From the NCBI GenBank assembly GCA_963711565.1, contig CAVQEQ010000002.1, positions 96,001 through 160,000 on the forward strand: a stretch of DNA of 64,000 nucleotides, given 5' to 3'. The DNA comes from an uncultured delta proteobacterium. GTDB lineage: Bacteria; Desulfobacterota; Binatia; Binatales; Binataceae. Below the pieces are notes generated by a model. The model searched no databases. It saw only the letters and a program-made list of their open reading frames with translations, and had not been told where the DNA came from. The translations under genes and the position numbers were made by a program. Of this stretch, positions 38,467 to 50,564 are shown one piece after another (within the stretch, counting starts at the first letter, position 1; each line of letters opens with the position of its first letter).

Positions 38467-41400
38467 ATCTTTCGCGCCCCTTCATACTGCGGCCGGTCGC
38501 GACTTCTCTGCTGATGGTCGGGCTGTTGCTGGCGGGACTGGTCGCCTATGGGCAACTGCCGGTGTCGGCGTTGCCGCAGGTGGACTATCCGACGATCCAG
38601 GTGATGACGTTCTATCCCGGCGGCAGTCCGGACGTGATGGCGTCATCGGTAACGGCGCCGCTCGAACGGCAATTCGGCGAAGTCCCGGGGCTTACGCAGA
38701 TGACCTCGAACAGCTCGTTCGGCAGTTCGGTCATCACGCTGCAGTTCGATCTCAACTTGAGCATCGACGTGGCCGAGCAGGAAGTGCAGGCGGCGATCAA
38801 CGCAGCCGCGACTTACCTGCCGACCGATCTTCCGAATCCGCCCGTTTACAGCAAGACCAACCCGGCCGACACGCCGATCCTGACGCTGGCGCTCACCTCC
38901 AGGGAACTGCCGCTGGACCAGGTCGAAGATCTGGCCGATACGCGGCTGGCGGAGAAGATCTCGCAGCTGCCCGGCGTAGGCCTGGTGAGCATCGGCGGCG
39001 GCCAGAAACCTTCGGTTCGCGTGCAGGCTAATCCGACCTCGCTGGCGTCGTACGGAATGACGCTCGAGGACCTGCGCACCGCGATCGCAAACGCCAACGT
39101 CGATGAGGCCAAGGGCAACTTCGACGGCAGGCAACAGGCGTACACGATAGGCGCGAACGATCAGCTTTTGACAGCGAAGGACTACATGCCACTGATCGTC
39201 TCGTATCACAACGGCGCGCCGGTCAAGCTTTCCGACGTCGCGGTCGCGATCGACGACGCCGAAAACGTCAAGGCGGCGGCGTGGATGAATCTGACGCCGG
39301 CCGTGATCGTCAACGTTCAGCGCCAGCCCGGCGCCAACATCATCGCCGTCGTGGACCGCATCAAGAAGCTGATGCCGCGCCTGCAGGCCTCGCTGCCCTC
39401 GTCGGTGAAGGTCGAGATCCTCACCGATCGCACCACCACGATTCGCGCATCGGTGCAGGATGTCGAGTTCGAGCTGATGCTGACAGTGGCGCTGGTCGTG
39501 ATGGTTATCTTTCTGTTTCTGCGCAGCCTGTCGGCGACGATTATCCCCAGCATCGCGGTCCCGCTCTCGCTGATCGGGACGTTCGGCGTGATGTACCTGC
39601 TCGGCTACAGCCTGGACAACCTGTCGCTGATGGCGCTCACGATTTCGACCGGCTTCGTGGTTGACGACGCGATCGTGATGATCGAAAACATCTCGCGCTT
39701 CATCGAGGAAGGCGACAAGCCGCTGGACGCCGCGCTCAAGGGGGCAGAACAGATCGGATTCACAATTTTGTCGCTGACCGTCTCGCTGATCGCGGTGCTG
39801 ATCCCGCTGCTGTTCATGGGCGACATCGTCGGCCGCTTGTTCCGCGAGTTCGCGGTCACGCTGGCGGTGACGATCCTGATGTCGGCGGTCGTCTCGCTGA
39901 CGCTGACGCCGATGATGAGCGCGAAGCTGCTGAAGCATACGCCCGAGAATCAGCAGACCTGGTTCTATCGCAAGTCGGAAAAGGTGTTCGAAGACACGAT
40001 CGCGTTTTACGGCCGCACGCTCGAATGGGTGCTCGAACACGAATGGGAAACGCTGATGGTCGCGATCGCCACGCTGGTGTTGACCATAGTGCTCTACATC
40101 GTCGTGCCCAAGGGCTTCTTTCCGGTGCAGGACACCGGCGTTATCCAGGGCGTTTCCGAAGCGCCGCAGAACGTGTCGTTTGCCTCGATGGTGCGCGGCC
40201 AGCAGGAGCTGGCGCGGATCATTTTGCAGGACCCGGCGGTCGAGAGCCTCTCGTCGTTCGTCGGCATCGACGGCACCAACATCACCGTCAACAGCGGCCG
40301 CATCCTGATCAATCTGAAGCCGCTCGATGTGCGCAAGGTGGATATCACCACCGTGATCAACCGCCTCGCGCCGAAGCTGGCGGCGGTTAACGGGATTACG
40401 CTGTACATGCAGCCGGTGCAGGATCTCACGGTCGAAGATCGCGTGAGCCGGACGCAGTATCAGTACAGCCTCGAAGATCCGAGCGGCGACGAATTGAATC
40501 TGTGGACGAAGAGACTGGTCGATAAACTCAAGACGCTGCCCGCCTTGCGCAACGTCGCGACCGACCAGCAGAACGAGGGCTGGGAGGAGCATATCGTCAT
40601 CGATCGGCTGACGGCGTCGCGACTCGGGATCACGCCGAATCTGATCGACCAGACCTTGTACGACGCCTTCGGCCAGCGGCAGGTCTCGACGATTTTCACC
40701 CAGCTGAACCAGTATCACGTGGTGCTCGAAGTAGCGCCGCAGTTCCAGCGTAATCCGCACGCGCTCGACGACATCTATATCCGCTCGAACACCGGCGGCG
40801 AGGTGCCGCTGAGCGCCTTCACTCACTTCGAGCCGGGCGCGACGCCGCTGGCCGTCAACCACGAGGGCCAATTTCCCGCCGTCACTATCTCGTTCGATCT
40901 CGCGCCGGGCTACTCGCTGGGCGACGCGGTCACCGCGATCGATCAGGCGCGCGAGCAAATCGGGATGCCGGCCAGCATCGCGGCTTCATTCCAGGGCACC
41001 GCCGCCGCCTTCCGCGCGTCGTTGAAGAACGAGCCGCTGCTGATTCTTGCGGCGCTGGTCACTGTGTATATCGTGCTCGGAGTTCTCTATGAGAGTTACA
41101 TCCATCCGGTCACGATTCTCTCGACCCTGCCGTCGGCGGGCGTCGGCGCAATCCTGGCGCTGATGATCTGCGGTCAGGATCTGAACGTGATCGCCCTCAT
41201 CGGCATCATCCTGCTGATAGGTATCGTCAAGAAAAACGCAATCATGATGATCGACTTCGCGCTTGAAGCGCAGCGCAAGGACGGCAAACCGCCGCACGAG
41301 GCGATCTTCCAGGCCTGCCTGCTCCGCTTCCGGCCGATCATGATGACCACGATGGCGGCATTGCTCGGCGGCTTGCCGCTCGCGCTCGGAACGGGAGTCG

Positions 41401-41579
41401 GCTCCGAGTTGCGTCGTCCGCTCGGTATCGCAATCGTCGGCGGCTTGCTGGTGAGCCAGGTGCTCACGCTGTACACGACGCCGGTAATTTTCCTCACCTT
41501 CGATCGCATGGCGACGCGAGTTGCGCGGTGGCGCGCGGGCGATGCGATTCGGGAGACCATTCCAGCCCAGGCGTCATGA
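38463..41579 (+). CDS. mdtB: RND efflux permease
   Basis: [42 protein letters not shown]. Confidence 0.93.
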   Translation: MNLSRPFILRPVATSLLMVGLLLAGLVAYGQLPVSALPQVDYPTIQVMTFYPGGSPDVMASSVTAPLERQFGEVPGLTQMTSNSSFGSSVITLQFDLNLSIDVAEQEVQAAINAAATYLPTDLPNPPVYSKTNPADTPILTLALTSRELPLDQVEDLADTRLAEKISQLPGVGLVSIGGGQKPSVRVQANPTSLASYGMTLEDLRTAIANANVDEAKGNFDGRQQAYTIGANDQLLTAKDYMPLIVSYHNGAPVKLSDVAVAIDDAENVKAAAWMNLTPAVIVNVQRQPGANIIAVVDRIKKLMPRLQASLPSSVKVEILTDRTTTIRASVQDVEFELMLTVALVVMVIFLFLRSLSATIIPSIAVPLSLIGTFGVMYLLGYSLDNLSLMALTISTGFVVDDAIVMIENISRFIEEGDKPLDAALKGAEQIGFTILSLTVSLIAVLIPLLFMGDIVGRLFREFAVTLAVTILMSAVVSLTLTPMMSAKLLKHTPENQQTWFYRKSEKVFEDTIAFYGRTLEWVLEHEWETLMVAIATLVLTIVLYIVVPKGFFPVQDTGVIQGVSEAPQNVSFASMVRGQQELARIILQDPAVESLSSFVGIDGTNITVNSGRILINLKPLDVRKVDITTVINRLAPKLAAVNGITLYMQPVQDLTVEDRVSRTQYQYSLEDPSGDELNLWTKRLVDKLKTLPALRNVATDQQNEGWEEHIVIDRLTASRLGITPNLIDQTLYDAFGQRQVSTIFTQLNQYHVVLEVAPQFQRNPHALDDIYIRSNTGGEVPLSAFTHFEPGATPLAVNHEGQFPAVTISFDLAPGYSLGDAVTAIDQAREQIGMPASIAASFQGTAAAFRASLKNEPLLILAALVTVYIVLGVLYESYIHPVTILSTLPSAGVGAILALMICGQDLNVIALIGIILLIGIVKKNAIMMIDFALEAQRKDGKPPHEAIFQACLLRFRPIMMTTMAALLGGLPLALGTGVGSELRRPLGIAIVGGLLVSQVLTLYTTPVIFLTFDRMATRVARWRAGDAIRETIPAQAS

Positions 41580-44500
41580 TTTCCGAAGTCTTCATAAGGA
41601 AGCCGGTCGCCACCACGCTGCTGACTATCGCACTCGCGCTCGCCGGCATTATCGCGTTCCGGCTGCTGCCGGTTGCGCCGTTGCCGCAGGTCGAGTTCCC
41701 GACTATCCAGGTCCAGGCCCAGTTGCCCGGCGCGAGTCCGGAGACGATGGCTTCTTCCGTCGCGACCCCGCTCGAGCGCCAGTTTGGCCGTATCGCGGGC
41801 CTGACGGAACTGACCTCAACCAGCTATCTCGGCGCCACCAGCATCGTTTTGCAATTCGACTTGAACCGCGATATCGACGCGGCCGCGCGCGACACGCAGG
41901 CCGCCATCAACGCCGCGGCCGGGCAACTGCCGACAACTCTGCCGAGCAAGCCGACCTATCGAAAGGTCAATCCCGCCGATGCGCCGATCATGATTCTCGG
42001 CCTGACCTCTGACGCCGTGCGTCCCGGACTGATGTACGACGCGGCTGATTCAATCCTCGAGCAGAAGCTTTCGCAAATCGATGGCGTCGGCCAGGTACTT
42101 GTCGGTGGCAGCGCGCTGCCCGGTGTCCGCGTCGAGCTGAATCCTACCCAGATGAGTAACCTCGGCGTAGGTCTCGAGGACGTGCGAACCGTCCTCGCCA
42201 ACGCCAATGCGAACCGGCCCAAGGGCGAAGTTGCGAACGATAACCAGACGTGGGGGCTGAGCACCACCGATCAGCTGCTCAAGGCCGAGGACTACCAGCC
42301 GCTGATCGTTCACTATCACAATGGCGCCGCGGTTCAGCTCTCCGATATCGGATTGGTAAGGGATTCAGTCGAGAACGTCCGCGCCGCGGGAATGGTCGAC
42401 GGCAAGATCGCCGTCCTGGTCATCATCTTCCGCCAGCCCGGCGCGAACATCATCGATACGGTCGATCGAATCTACGCCGCGTTGCCCCAGTTGAAGGCCT
42501 CGATCCCCGCCGCGATCGACCTTACCGTGGTCCTGGACCGCACCACCACCATCCGGGCCTCGGTGCACGACGTCGAATTCACGATGCTGGTCTCGATCGC
42601 ACTCGTGATCATGGTGGTGTTCCTGTTCCTGCGAAACCTGCGCGCCACGATGATTCCGGGTGTCGTCGTTCCGCTCTCGCTGATCGGAACCTTCGGCATC
42701 ATGTACCTGCTCGGGTACAGCCTCGACAACCTCTCGCTGATGGCGCTGACGATCTGCACCGGCTTCGTGGTTGACGACGCGATCGTCGTCATTGAAAACA
42801 TTTCCCGCTACCGCGAACAGGGAATGCCGCCGCTCGAAGCCGCGATCAAGGGTGCCGCGGGCATCGGCTTCACGGTGATTTCGATCAGCGTCTCACTGGT
42901 CGCGGTCTTCATTCCGATTTTGTTGATGGCCGGAATCGTCGGCCGCCTGTTCCGCGAGTTCGCGGTCACGTTGTCGGCTGCCGTCCTGGTTTCATTGGTC
43001 ATCTCGCTCACCACCACGCCGATGATGGCCGCGCACCTGCTCAAGCCGCACGACCAGGAGAAACATAATCGCTGGTACGTGGCGAGCGAGAGCTTTTTCA
43101 AGTGGCTGCTCGACCATTACGAAAGCAGCCTGTTGTGGGTTCTCGATCATCAGCCGTTCACCCTGATGGTCTTCCTGGTGACGCTCGGGCTGAGCATTTA
43201 TCTCTTCAAGGTCGTGCCCAAAGGATTCTTCCCGCAGCAGGATACCGGCCGCCTGATGGGCGCGGTGCAGGCCGATCAGGACACTTCATTCCAGGCGATG
43301 AAGGAGCGGCTTAGCGAACTGGTCGCCGCCATTGACAAGGACCCGGCCGTCGAGAACGTCATCGCATTCACCGGCGGCAATGGCGCAACCAATACCGCGA
43401 ACATGTACATCAGCTTGACGCCCCTGAGCCAGCGCAAGATCAGCGCCGACCTGGTCATCGGGCGCATCCGCAAGGAGGTCGCCCACGTCCCCGGCGTCAA
43501 TTTGTATATGCAGGCGGTTCAGGATCTGCGGATCGGCGGCAGATCGAGCAACGCGCAGTATCAGTTCACCCTGCAGAGCGACGACCTAAATGAGCTCAAC
43601 CAATGGGCGCCGAAGGTGCTCAAGAAATTGCGCACCGTCCACATTCTCACCAACGTCAGCAGCGACCAGCAGAATAGCGGGCTTGAATCCAACGTCGTCG
43701 TCGATCGCGATACCGCGTCGCGGCTCGGACTCTCGCAGCAGGCGATCGACGATACGCTTTATGACGCGTTCGGCCAGCGGCAGGTCTCCACGATGTACAC
43801 GCCGCTGAATCAGTACCATGTTGTGATGGAAGTCGCGCCGCAGTTCTGGCAGAACCCCGAGTCGCTCGACCAGATCCACGTGATGTCCAGCGCCGGGCAG
43901 CTGGTCAAGCTCAGCGCCTTCACTCACTTCGCGAACGATACGACCGCGCTCGCCGTCAATCACACAGGTCAATTCCCGAGTGTGACGATCTCGTTCAACC
44001 TGGCACCGGGAATTGCGCTTGGCGATGCGGTTGACGCGATCTCGCAGGCCGAGGCGGAGATTCACCTGCCCGCCGGCATCCGCGGCACCTTCCAGGGCAC
44101 TGCGCAGGCGTTCCAGGACTCGCTCAGCAACGAAGGTTTCCTGGTAGCCTTCGCACTCTTCGCGGTGTACATCGTGCTCGGCATTCTCTACGAAAGTTAC
44201 ATCCATCCGATCACGATTCTCTCGACACTGCCGTCGGCTGGCGTCGGCGCAATTCTCGCACTGCTGCTATTCCATATCGATCTGAGCGTGATTGCGCTGA
44301 TCGGAATCATCCTGCTGATAGGCATCGTCAAGAAAAACGCGATCATGATGATCGACTTCGCGCTCGAAGCTCAGCGCGGCGAGGGCAAGTCGCCGCACGA
44401 CGCGATCTACGAGGCGTGCGTGCTGCGCTTTCGCCCGATCATGATGACCACGATGGCCGCGATGCTCGGCGGCCTGCCGCTCGCGCTGGGCAACGGCGTG

Positions 44501-44695
44501 GGGTCCGAGATGCGGCGCCCGCTCGGTATCGCAATCGTCGGCGGCCTGATGGTGAGCCAGGTCCTGACGCTCTATACGACCCCGGTTATCTACCTGTACA
44601 TGGACCGGCTGAGCGCAGGATGGTCGAAACTGTGGCGTCGCGCTCGAGGCCGCCGTCCAGCAACGGCGCCCGCCGAGTCGCACGTTGCCGACTGA
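41576..44695 (+). CDS. mdtC: RND efflux permease
   Basis: [33 protein letters not shown]; ATGA overlap with mdtB. Confidence 0.93.
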   Translation: MISEVFIRKPVATTLLTIALALAGIIAFRLLPVAPLPQVEFPTIQVQAQLPGASPETMASSVATPLERQFGRIAGLTELTSTSYLGATSIVLQFDLNRDIDAAARDTQAAINAAAGQLPTTLPSKPTYRKVNPADAPIMILGLTSDAVRPGLMYDAADSILEQKLSQIDGVGQVLVGGSALPGVRVELNPTQMSNLGVGLEDVRTVLANANANRPKGEVANDNQTWGLSTTDQLLKAEDYQPLIVHYHNGAAVQLSDIGLVRDSVENVRAAGMVDGKIAVLVIIFRQPGANIIDTVDRIYAALPQLKASIPAAIDLTVVLDRTTTIRASVHDVEFTMLVSIALVIMVVFLFLRNLRATMIPGVVVPLSLIGTFGIMYLLGYSLDNLSLMALTICTGFVVDDAIVVIENISRYREQGMPPLEAAIKGAAGIGFTVISISVSLVAVFIPILLMAGIVGRLFREFAVTLSAAVLVSLVISLTTTPMMAAHLLKPHDQEKHNRWYVASESFFKWLLDHYESSLLWVLDHQPFTLMVFLVTLGLSIYLFKVVPKGFFPQQDTGRLMGAVQADQDTSFQAMKERLSELVAAIDKDPAVENVIAFTGGNGATNTANMYISLTPLSQRKISADLVIGRIRKEVAHVPGVNLYMQAVQDLRIGGRSSNAQYQFTLQSDDLNELNQWAPKVLKKLRTVHILTNVSSDQQNSGLESNVVVDRDTASRLGLSQQAIDDTLYDAFGQRQVSTMYTPLNQYHVVMEVAPQFWQNPESLDQIHVMSSAGQLVKLSAFTHFANDTTALAVNHTGQFPSVTISFNLAPGIALGDAVDAISQAEAEIHLPAGIRGTFQGTAQAFQDSLSNEGFLVAFALFAVYIVLGILYESYIHPITILSTLPSAGVGAILALLLFHIDLSVIALIGIILLIGIVKKNAIMMIDFALEAQRGEGKSPHDAIYEACVLRFRPIMMTTMAAMLGGLPLALGNGVGSEMRRPLGIAIVGGLMVSQVLTLYTTPVIYLYMDRLSAGWSKLWRRARGRRPATAPAESHVAD

Positions 44696-44710
44696 GCTCC
44701 GTTACCTGCA

Positions 44711-45691
44711 CTACGGTTTCAACGTGCGGGTTACTCGGTTGATTACGAATACTCCGCTCGCGTTCTTCCAGTGGTAGTAGAGCGAAAGGTTGTCCGGCGA
44801 GATCGAAGGTCCCTCGGCATACCCGGTGATCGCTTCAATTTTCTTCGGCTTGTCGAACGGCTTCGAAGTTGACGAGCGAGTCGCCATATAGATGCCGAAC
44901 TCCGGCGTCGGGGGCTTTGGGATGGTTCGCGTGAAGAAAAACTCGAGCTCGTCCGCGGACGTGTCCGGCGCGTAGTTGAGATGCTCGTCATTGATCATCT
45001 TCATGATTTTCGCGCTGTGCGGGTCAATGACGAAGGTGCCGCCCTGATTGGTCGCGACCATCATCTCGGTGCTCGACGGCGGGGCGCCGGGGGCAAGGTT
45101 GCTGTAATTGCCCCGCGTGAAATAGAGAGTGTTGCCGTCAGCGCTGATTTCCGAATCGAAATTGACCAGTCCAATCTTCGGCGCCGCGACGCCCGCAACC
45201 GGATTTACTGGCGTAACGCTCGCGACATCGCTGACATCAGCGAACAGGCCTGAATAGATCGTTGACAGATCGACGGCATAACTTCGGTTGGTAATGAAGT
45301 AAAAGTTGCCATTCATGTCCATCGACGGGACCGCGTCGAGCGGACCGCTGCTGTTGACCTCGCCTCCGATCTCGCCCTGGTACTGGAAGGTCACGTCATC
45401 GATGCGAGTTGCCCAGAACAAACTGGTGGTGGGTGCCGAATTCGAGTTGTTGAAGAAGAGGTAGTTCCCGTCGCGGCTGATGAACGGCTCCATCGCGTCG
45501 TTGCTGTTGCCCTCGTTGTCGTTGTAGCCGAGTATCTGCACCATCTCCGGATTGCTGAATTCCGTGTAGCCAGGCTGCTTCACCTTTTTGTCAGGAGCAG
45601 GGCCAGCCTGCGTAATGCCCACACTCATCAAAACCTGGACGGCAATCGTCGCGGCAATCGTGACGAACATGGGATTCACCCGGGGATTCAT
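44711..45691 (-). CDS. Secreted beta-propeller protein with PD40/TolB-like repeats
   Basis: Signal peptide; repeats PFISRDGNYLFF, ISADGNTLYF, TSADELEFFF, PSISPDNLSLYY. Confidence 0.78.
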   Translation of the reverse strand: MNPRVNPMFVTIAATIAVQVLMSVGITQAGPAPDKKVKQPGYTEFSNPEMVQILGYNDNEGNSNDAMEPFISRDGNYLFFNNSNSAPTTSLFWATRIDDVTFQYQGEIGGEVNSSGPLDAVPSMDMNGNFYFITNRSYAVDLSTIYSGLFADVSDVASVTPVNPVAGVAAPKIGLVNFDSEISADGNTLYFTRGNYSNLAPGAPPSSTEMMVATNQGGTFVIDPHSAKIMKMINDEHLNYAPDTSADELEFFFTRTIPKPPTPEFGIYMATRSSTSKPFDKPKKIEAITGYAEGPSISPDNLSLYYHWKNASGVFVINRVTRTLKP

Positions 45692-45710
45692 ATCGCGATT
45701 CTCAGACTCA

Positions 45711-47150
45711 CTAGCCTAGCAAGGAGGGCGTTCGCCTTCTAACCCAGTTAGTCGCCTGATCGTATGCATGCGCAAGTTGCATGCAGGCCATCTCGGCCTG
45801 ATTCGGACCTACGATCTGGATGCCCATTGGCAGGCCGCGTTGGTTGAAGCCGGCCGGTACGCTCAGCGCCGGGCAGCCGGACATCGAGATCGGAATCATC
45901 ACTTGCATCCAGCGATGGTAGGTGTCCATCGACGCGCCGCCAACTTCTTTGGGCCAATGAATTGTCGCGTCGAACGGAAATACCTGGCTCGCGGGCGCGA
46001 TCATGAAATCGTACTTCTCGAAAAATTTGCGCACCGCCTGGTACCACGCCGTGCGCACGACGTTCGCGTGCACGATTTCCAACGCGCCGGTCTTGAGGCC
46101 GTTCTCGATCTCCCACTGCAGTTCGGGTTTCATCTGCCCGCGCTGGGCGGGGTCGGCATAGTGATGGTGAAGCAGCGCGCCAAACTGCCACGCTCGAATC
46201 TTGCACCAGCTATCCCACACCGGCTCAAGAGGGTAGTCGGGCATCGCGGTCTCCACGACGCATCCCAACTCCTCGAACACCTTGAGCGCGCCTTCGCATA
46301 GTTCGAGCACGCCCGCATCGAACGGGATGTGTCCGCCGGAATCGCCGACCCATCCGATGCGTGTTCCCTTGAAGTCGCGCTCGAGCGGTCGCGCAAACTC
46401 AGCCGGATCCTCGCGAATCGAAAGCGGCGTGCGCGCGTCGTAACCGGCAACCACCGACAGCAGCATCGCGAGATCAGGAACCGTCCGCGCCATCGGGCCG
46501 TGTACCATAATCGACGGGATGAAGACCTCGTTGAACAGCGACGGCACCCGGCCGAACGAGGTCCGCAGTCCGAACACATTGTTCCACGCGGCGGGATTTC
46601 GCAGCGAGCCGCCGTTGTCGCTGCCGTCCGCGACCGGGATCATCCTGAGCGCCAGCGCCACAGCCGCGCCGCCGCTGCTGCCGCCGCAGGTCTTCGATTG
46701 GTCGTAGGCGTTGAGCGTCGTGCCAAAGACTGGATTGTAGGTTTGCGATCCCAGCCCAAACTCCGGCACGTTTGTTTTGCCGATAATGATTCCGCCCGCG
46801 CGCCGGATTCGCTCGACCATAATCGAGTCCTCGCGCGGCACAGAATTCTTGAACAGCAACGAGCCCATCGTGGTGCGGATGCCTTTGGTCGGCTCAAGAT
46901 CTTTTACCGCATGCGGAAAACCGTGCATCCAGCCGAGGTGCTCGCCGCGCGCAATTTGCGCGTCGCGATTCTTCGCCTGCTCGATTAAATCCTCGCGCGG
47001 TTGGAGCGACACGATCGCGTTGACGCGCGGGTTCAGGCGCTCGATTCGATCAAGATACGCGCTCATCACCTCGACGCACGAGACCTGCTTCGACTTGATC
47101 GCGCGCGAAAGCGTGACCGCATCGAGATTTACAATTTCCGAGTTGTTCAC
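45711..47150 (-). CDS. Amidase signature family enzyme
   Basis: GKTNVPEFG, GGSSGG, GSDNGGSLRNPA; GTG start overlapping the upstream TGA. Confidence 0.93.
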   Translation of the reverse strand: MNNSEIVNLDAVTLSRAIKSKQVSCVEVMSAYLDRIERLNPRVNAIVSLQPREDLIEQAKNRDAQIARGEHLGWMHGFPHAVKDLEPTKGIRTTMGSLLFKNSVPREDSIMVERIRRAGGIIIGKTNVPEFGLGSQTYNPVFGTTLNAYDQSKTCGGSSGGAAVALALRMIPVADGSDNGGSLRNPAAWNNVFGLRTSFGRVPSLFNEVFIPSIMVHGPMARTVPDLAMLLSVVAGYDARTPLSIREDPAEFARPLERDFKGTRIGWVGDSGGHIPFDAGVLELCEGALKVFEELGCVVETAMPDYPLEPVWDSWCKIRAWQFGALLHHHYADPAQRGQMKPELQWEIENGLKTGALEIVHANVVRTAWYQAVRKFFEKYDFMIAPASQVFPFDATIHWPKEVGGASMDTYHRWMQVMIPISMSGCPALSVPAGFNQRGLPMGIQIVGPNQAEMACMQLAHAYDQATNWVRRRTPSLLG

Positions 47151-48220
47151 GATCTGGTTTTCGCGCTCTCGCACTTCTGCGCGATGGCCCAACCAATCTC
47201 CGCTGTCTGTCTCGCCTTCGCGCCGCGCAGCGCCGCATCGGGACCGCTTGCGTTGCCCAGCTTCGCGCGCATTGCAATTCCCTGCGAGATCGCTGCGCCA
47301 CGAAAAAACGAGAACACCACAAAGAACATCAAGTCGGGAACGCCGGCCCGGCCGACGCGCCTGCAATATGCGGCGACGAATTCCTCTTCGCTCGGAATCC
47401 CCGTCGCGCACAGATCGATTCCTTGAAAGCTCGACACGCCGTCGATTCCGGGCGGGCAATGGTAAGCGCGGCAGGCCCAGGCCAGGTCGCCAAGCGGATG
47501 CCCGAGCGTCGACAGCTCCCAATCGAGCACCGCGACCACGCGCGGCTCGACCGGATGGAAGATGATGTTCTCGATACGGTAGTCGCCGTGCGCAATCGTC
47601 GTCTCATCGTCGGCCCGGATATTGCGTCCGAGCCATTCGATCAGGCGATCCATCTCCGGAATCTCGTCGATCTTCGAGGCCTCGTACTGTCTCGACCATC
47701 GCGCCAGCTGGCGCTGGACATAAGCCTGCGGCCGGCCGTAGTCGCCGAGTCCGACCGCGCGAAAATCGACCCTGTGCAGCCGAGCGAGCACGTCGTTCAT
47801 CGAGTCGTAGCAAGCCGCGCGCTCGCGCGGAGTCGAGTCGGGCATCATCGGGTCGCGCATGATGCGTCCCTCGACAAAGTCCATCACGAAGAATGGGGTG
47901 CCGATGACGCCGGCGTCCTCGCACAGGAGGTGCACGCGGGGTACGGGCACGTCGGTCGCCGCGAGCGCTTTGATAATTCGATATTCGCGCTCGACCTGAT
48001 GCGCCGACGGGAGCAGCGTGCCGGGCGGCTTCTTGCGCATGACGAAGCGCGCGTCAGGAGTCTCCAGTAGAAAGGTGGGATTCGATTGCCCGCCGACGAA
48101 CTGTCGAACAATCAGAGGACCGCGAAAATCCGGCATCCGCTCGCGCAGATAATGTTCGAGCGAGGCTTCATCGAAGCGATGATTCTCGCGGACGGGTGTT
48201 ACCTCACCCTCAACCGGCAT
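47147..48220 (-). CDS. APH/ChoK-like phosphotransferase (ACAD10/11 N-terminal-like)
   Basis: GGQSNPT, SAHQVEREY, HGDYRIEN, LDWELSTLG. Confidence 0.92.
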   Translation of the reverse strand: MPVEGEVTPVRENHRFDEASLEHYLRERMPDFRGPLIVRQFVGGQSNPTFLLETPDARFVMRKKPPGTLLPSAHQVEREYRIIKALAATDVPVPRVHLLCEDAGVIGTPFFVMDFVEGRIMRDPMMPDSTPRERAACYDSMNDVLARLHRVDFRAVGLGDYGRPQAYVQRQLARWSRQYEASKIDEIPEMDRLIEWLGRNIRADDETTIAHGDYRIENIIFHPVEPRVVAVLDWELSTLGHPLGDLAWACRAYHCPPGIDGVSSFQGIDLCATGIPSEEEFVAAYCRRVGRAGVPDLMFFVVFSFFRGAAISQGIAMRAKLGNASGPDAALRGAKARQTAEIGWAIAQKCESAKTRS

Positions 48221-48684
48221 TAGTTCGCGCTCCGAATTTCAGGTTCCTGCTTGCAACAGCTCTGAATCTCGGTCTGCGCCAGATCGGTGTCAACGGGGTT
48301 GAGATGCGGTTCGGAGTTCGTCTGTATTTTGATGCCGGCAATCAGACGCCCCCAGCCGAGTTCTTCTCTGACGTAGTAGGAGCGGCGTTCGGTCTGGAAT
48401 TCCACTTCGTCCTCGCCGCCGTCGTTCTGAACGCTGCATACAACCTTCTGTCCAACCGGAACCACGAACGCGTGATAACCGCCCGGACCGATCCGCGCCG
48501 TATCCTCGCCACAGGTAACGTCGGGGCGGAGCGCAACGCCGAAGTAATTGTAAGGCCGGTACACGTAGATCACGGCGTTACCGGGAGGCGACTCGATTTT
48601 TTCGAACGGTTTGCCCTCGACGGCGCATCCGATCGCGAGAGCGACGACGACGCCAAGCAACAATGCCAGAAGTCCTCGATTCAT
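48220..48684 (-). CDS. DUF2846-like lipoprotein
   Basis: Lipobox AIGC, AVIYVYRP, GGY motifs. Confidence 0.72.
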   Translation of the reverse strand: MNRGLLALLLGVVVALAIGCAVEGKPFEKIESPPGNAVIYVYRPYNYFGVALRPDVTCGEDTARIGPGGYHAFVVPVGQKVVCSVQNDGGEDEVEFQTERRSYYVREELGWGRLIAGIKIQTNSEPHLNPVDTDLAQTEIQSCCKQEPEIRSAN

Positions 48685-49304
48685 TGGCCGACGGATGCAG
48701 TTGGAGATTTGCGCGCGCTGGCGGCGGCCTGCGCCAACCTGGCCTCGTCGGCATAGATCTTCTGATCGAGCCGTTGCCGGACTGCGGCACGGGCGGCGGC
48801 GTCAACCTCTTTGTGGCTGGCCTGCGTGTACAGGCTGTACGACTCCGAGACGTGTTCCTTGGCAGTGTAGTCGCCGATGACGGTGTCGCCCGCACTGATC
48901 GACAAAGAGGCAAACGCCGTCACCCCAATATCGCCGGTCGGATTGCCAAGCCAGCTCCCCGGATCGACCGCGCTGAGAAGCAGTGGGATATGATAGTCGT
49001 CGTGCGTCAATTCTTCGCGATAGGTAAAGGTCAGCGGCGAAGAATCAGACAGCGACATCGCGACCGCGGGCGGAAGTTCGGCCCGGTCACCGGAAAGCAA
49101 CTTGCCTTTGAAGGGTAGCGGATGCGCGGGCACGTCCGCGACTTTGGGCGCGATGACGAGTTGCGAATCCGCCACGGGGGACGCTCCGGCAAACTGCGAT
49201 TGCGACTGCAGCGATTGCGACTGCAATTGATCGGGCTGCTGGGTGGCGCATCCGCCTGCGCCTATCGCAGCACAAAATGCCGCGAGAATGAGTATTTGCC
49301 TCAT
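48681..49304 (-). CDS. Hypothetical lipoprotein
   Basis: Lipobox AGGC; perfect 15-bp tandem duplication at 49196-49225 (LQSQS twice). Confidence 0.7.
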   Translation of the reverse strand: MRQILILAAFCAAIGAGGCATQQPDQLQSQSLQSQSQFAGASPVADSQLVIAPKVADVPAHPLPFKGKLLSGDRAELPPAVAMSLSDSSPLTFTYREELTHDDYHIPLLLSAVDPGSWLGNPTGDIGVTAFASLSISAGDTVIGDYTAKEHVSESYSLYTQASHKEVDAAARAAVRQRLDQKIYADEARLAQAAASARKSPTASVGQ

Positions 49305-49382
49305 GCCTTATAGACGTTGCGCCAATATTCAGGATGCGGAGCGTGCCAACGCCATAAGAAAATTGTACCAGAAATGGGCGCT

Positions 49383-50057
49383 TTACTTGACGACGCCGCC
49401 GGCCACGTAGACGGTGCCGCCGAGCATCTGTTCGACTTCGAGCTGCGACAGCAGTCGCTCGAGATGGCTCCACGGGCGCGCGAGACCCTCGAGCGTGCTC
49501 GTCGAGCGCAGCGCGGCGTTCCACACCAGGATATTCAGCGGCATCGTACGGGCAGGCGCCCACTTGAGTCCGGCCGCTACTATCCGCGCGCCGGGCCTCA
49601 GATGGCTGACGACGTTCGCGAGCGCACCCGGCGTGCGCATTATGTCGTGCGTGAAATGAAACAGCGCCGCGTCCGCCGCGAACGGTATCGCGGCTTCCTC
49701 GACCGAAGCCGCGACGAGCGCGACGTTGTTCCAGCTGTTTTCAGCCGCCCGCGCGCGCGCCCGTTCGAGCATCTCGGGGCTCTGCTCGATCCCGGCGATC
49801 GAGCCTTCAGTTCCGACCAGGCCTTCGAGCGCCGAGAAGCTCAGCCCGGTACCACAGCCAACGTCCAGAACCCGATCGCCCTTTTTCAGACGCAGCTGAT
49901 CGATCGCGCGCTGACGCACAGGTTCGAACAACAAGAGTTCGAGATCGTAGATGCGCGCTCGCGATCGATATTGACGCAGCGCGGTCGAGCGGTTCGGCGT
50001 CAGCCAGCGCGCGAGCCTTTGAAACGGCGGCGAGCGGTCGTCGGAAGGAGGGTCCAC
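49383..50057 (-). CDS. Class I SAM-dependent methyltransferase
   Basis: VLDVGCGTG, LRPGARI. Confidence 0.88.
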   Translation of the reverse strand: MDPPSDDRSPPFQRLARWLTPNRSTALRQYRSRARIYDLELLLFEPVRQRAIDQLRLKKGDRVLDVGCGTGLSFSALEGLVGTEGSIAGIEQSPEMLERARARAAENSWNNVALVAASVEEAAIPFAADAALFHFTHDIMRTPGALANVVSHLRPGARIVAAGLKWAPARTMPLNILVWNAALRSTSTLEGLARPWSHLERLLSQLEVEQMLGGTVYVAGGVVK

Positions 50058-50101
50058 CTTCGATGCCTCGCCCTACGGAGTATCAGGGATCGAAGTTAGA
50101 G

Positions 50102-50494
50102 TTACAGCGCTCTGGCTACGATCCAGATGATGCTGCCCAGCACGAGGATTGCGTTGATTGCGGCGCTGGCCAATGCGCCGGGTCCGCGCTTGGCTGCGGC
50201 GCTCAGGTAACCTTGGGCGTAGAGGATCCGAGCGATAACGAACAGCAGCCCTAGTGCGACGCCGAAGTGATAGTTCACCACCATCGAGAAAATCCAGACC
50301 GCGGGGATGAAGACGATCAGGCTCTCGAGCGTGTTTACATGCACCCGGAAGTAGCGCTCGAAGTCGGGATTGCCGGTGGTGGCCGGCGCCTCGACGCCGT
50401 ACCTCTGTCGCGCGCGTCCAACCATCACGCCGAGAATCGAGTATTCGAGCAACGCCAGCAGCGTCACCAGTTCGAGTTCGTGATATCCCGCCAT
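50102..50494 (-). CDS. MAPEG family membrane protein
   Basis: VGRARQRYGVEAPATTG.PDFERYFRVHVNTLE, ARILYAQGY; GGAGG RBS before ATG 50494. Confidence 0.9.
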   Translation of the reverse strand: MAGYHELELVTLLALLEYSILGVMVGRARQRYGVEAPATTGNPDFERYFRVHVNTLESLIVFIPAVWIFSMVVNYHFGVALGLLFVIARILYAQGYLSAAAKRGPGALASAAINAILVLGSIIWIVARAL

Positions 50495-50564
50495 GTACGT
50501 CGTACCTCCCGTTCGCATGAAGGTACTCGCGCGGGTTGAAGAGTGCGAGATATGAGGTGCTGAA

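Noticed and set aside
38643-40958. 771-aa minus-strand ORF
   Set aside because: Antisense to mdtB; shadow ORF
38463-44695. Near-identical DNA blocks shared by the two RND genes
   Set aside because: Expected mdtB/mdtC paralogy at conserved TM motifs
47151-47522. N-terminal extension making the amidase 603 aa
   Set aside because: Lies in another frame of the phosphotransferase; a coupled GTG start at 47150 gives a normal 479-aa amidase
49196-49225. 15-bp perfect tandem duplication as a phase-variation tract
   Set aside because: In-frame, only two units, in a low-complexity lipoprotein linker
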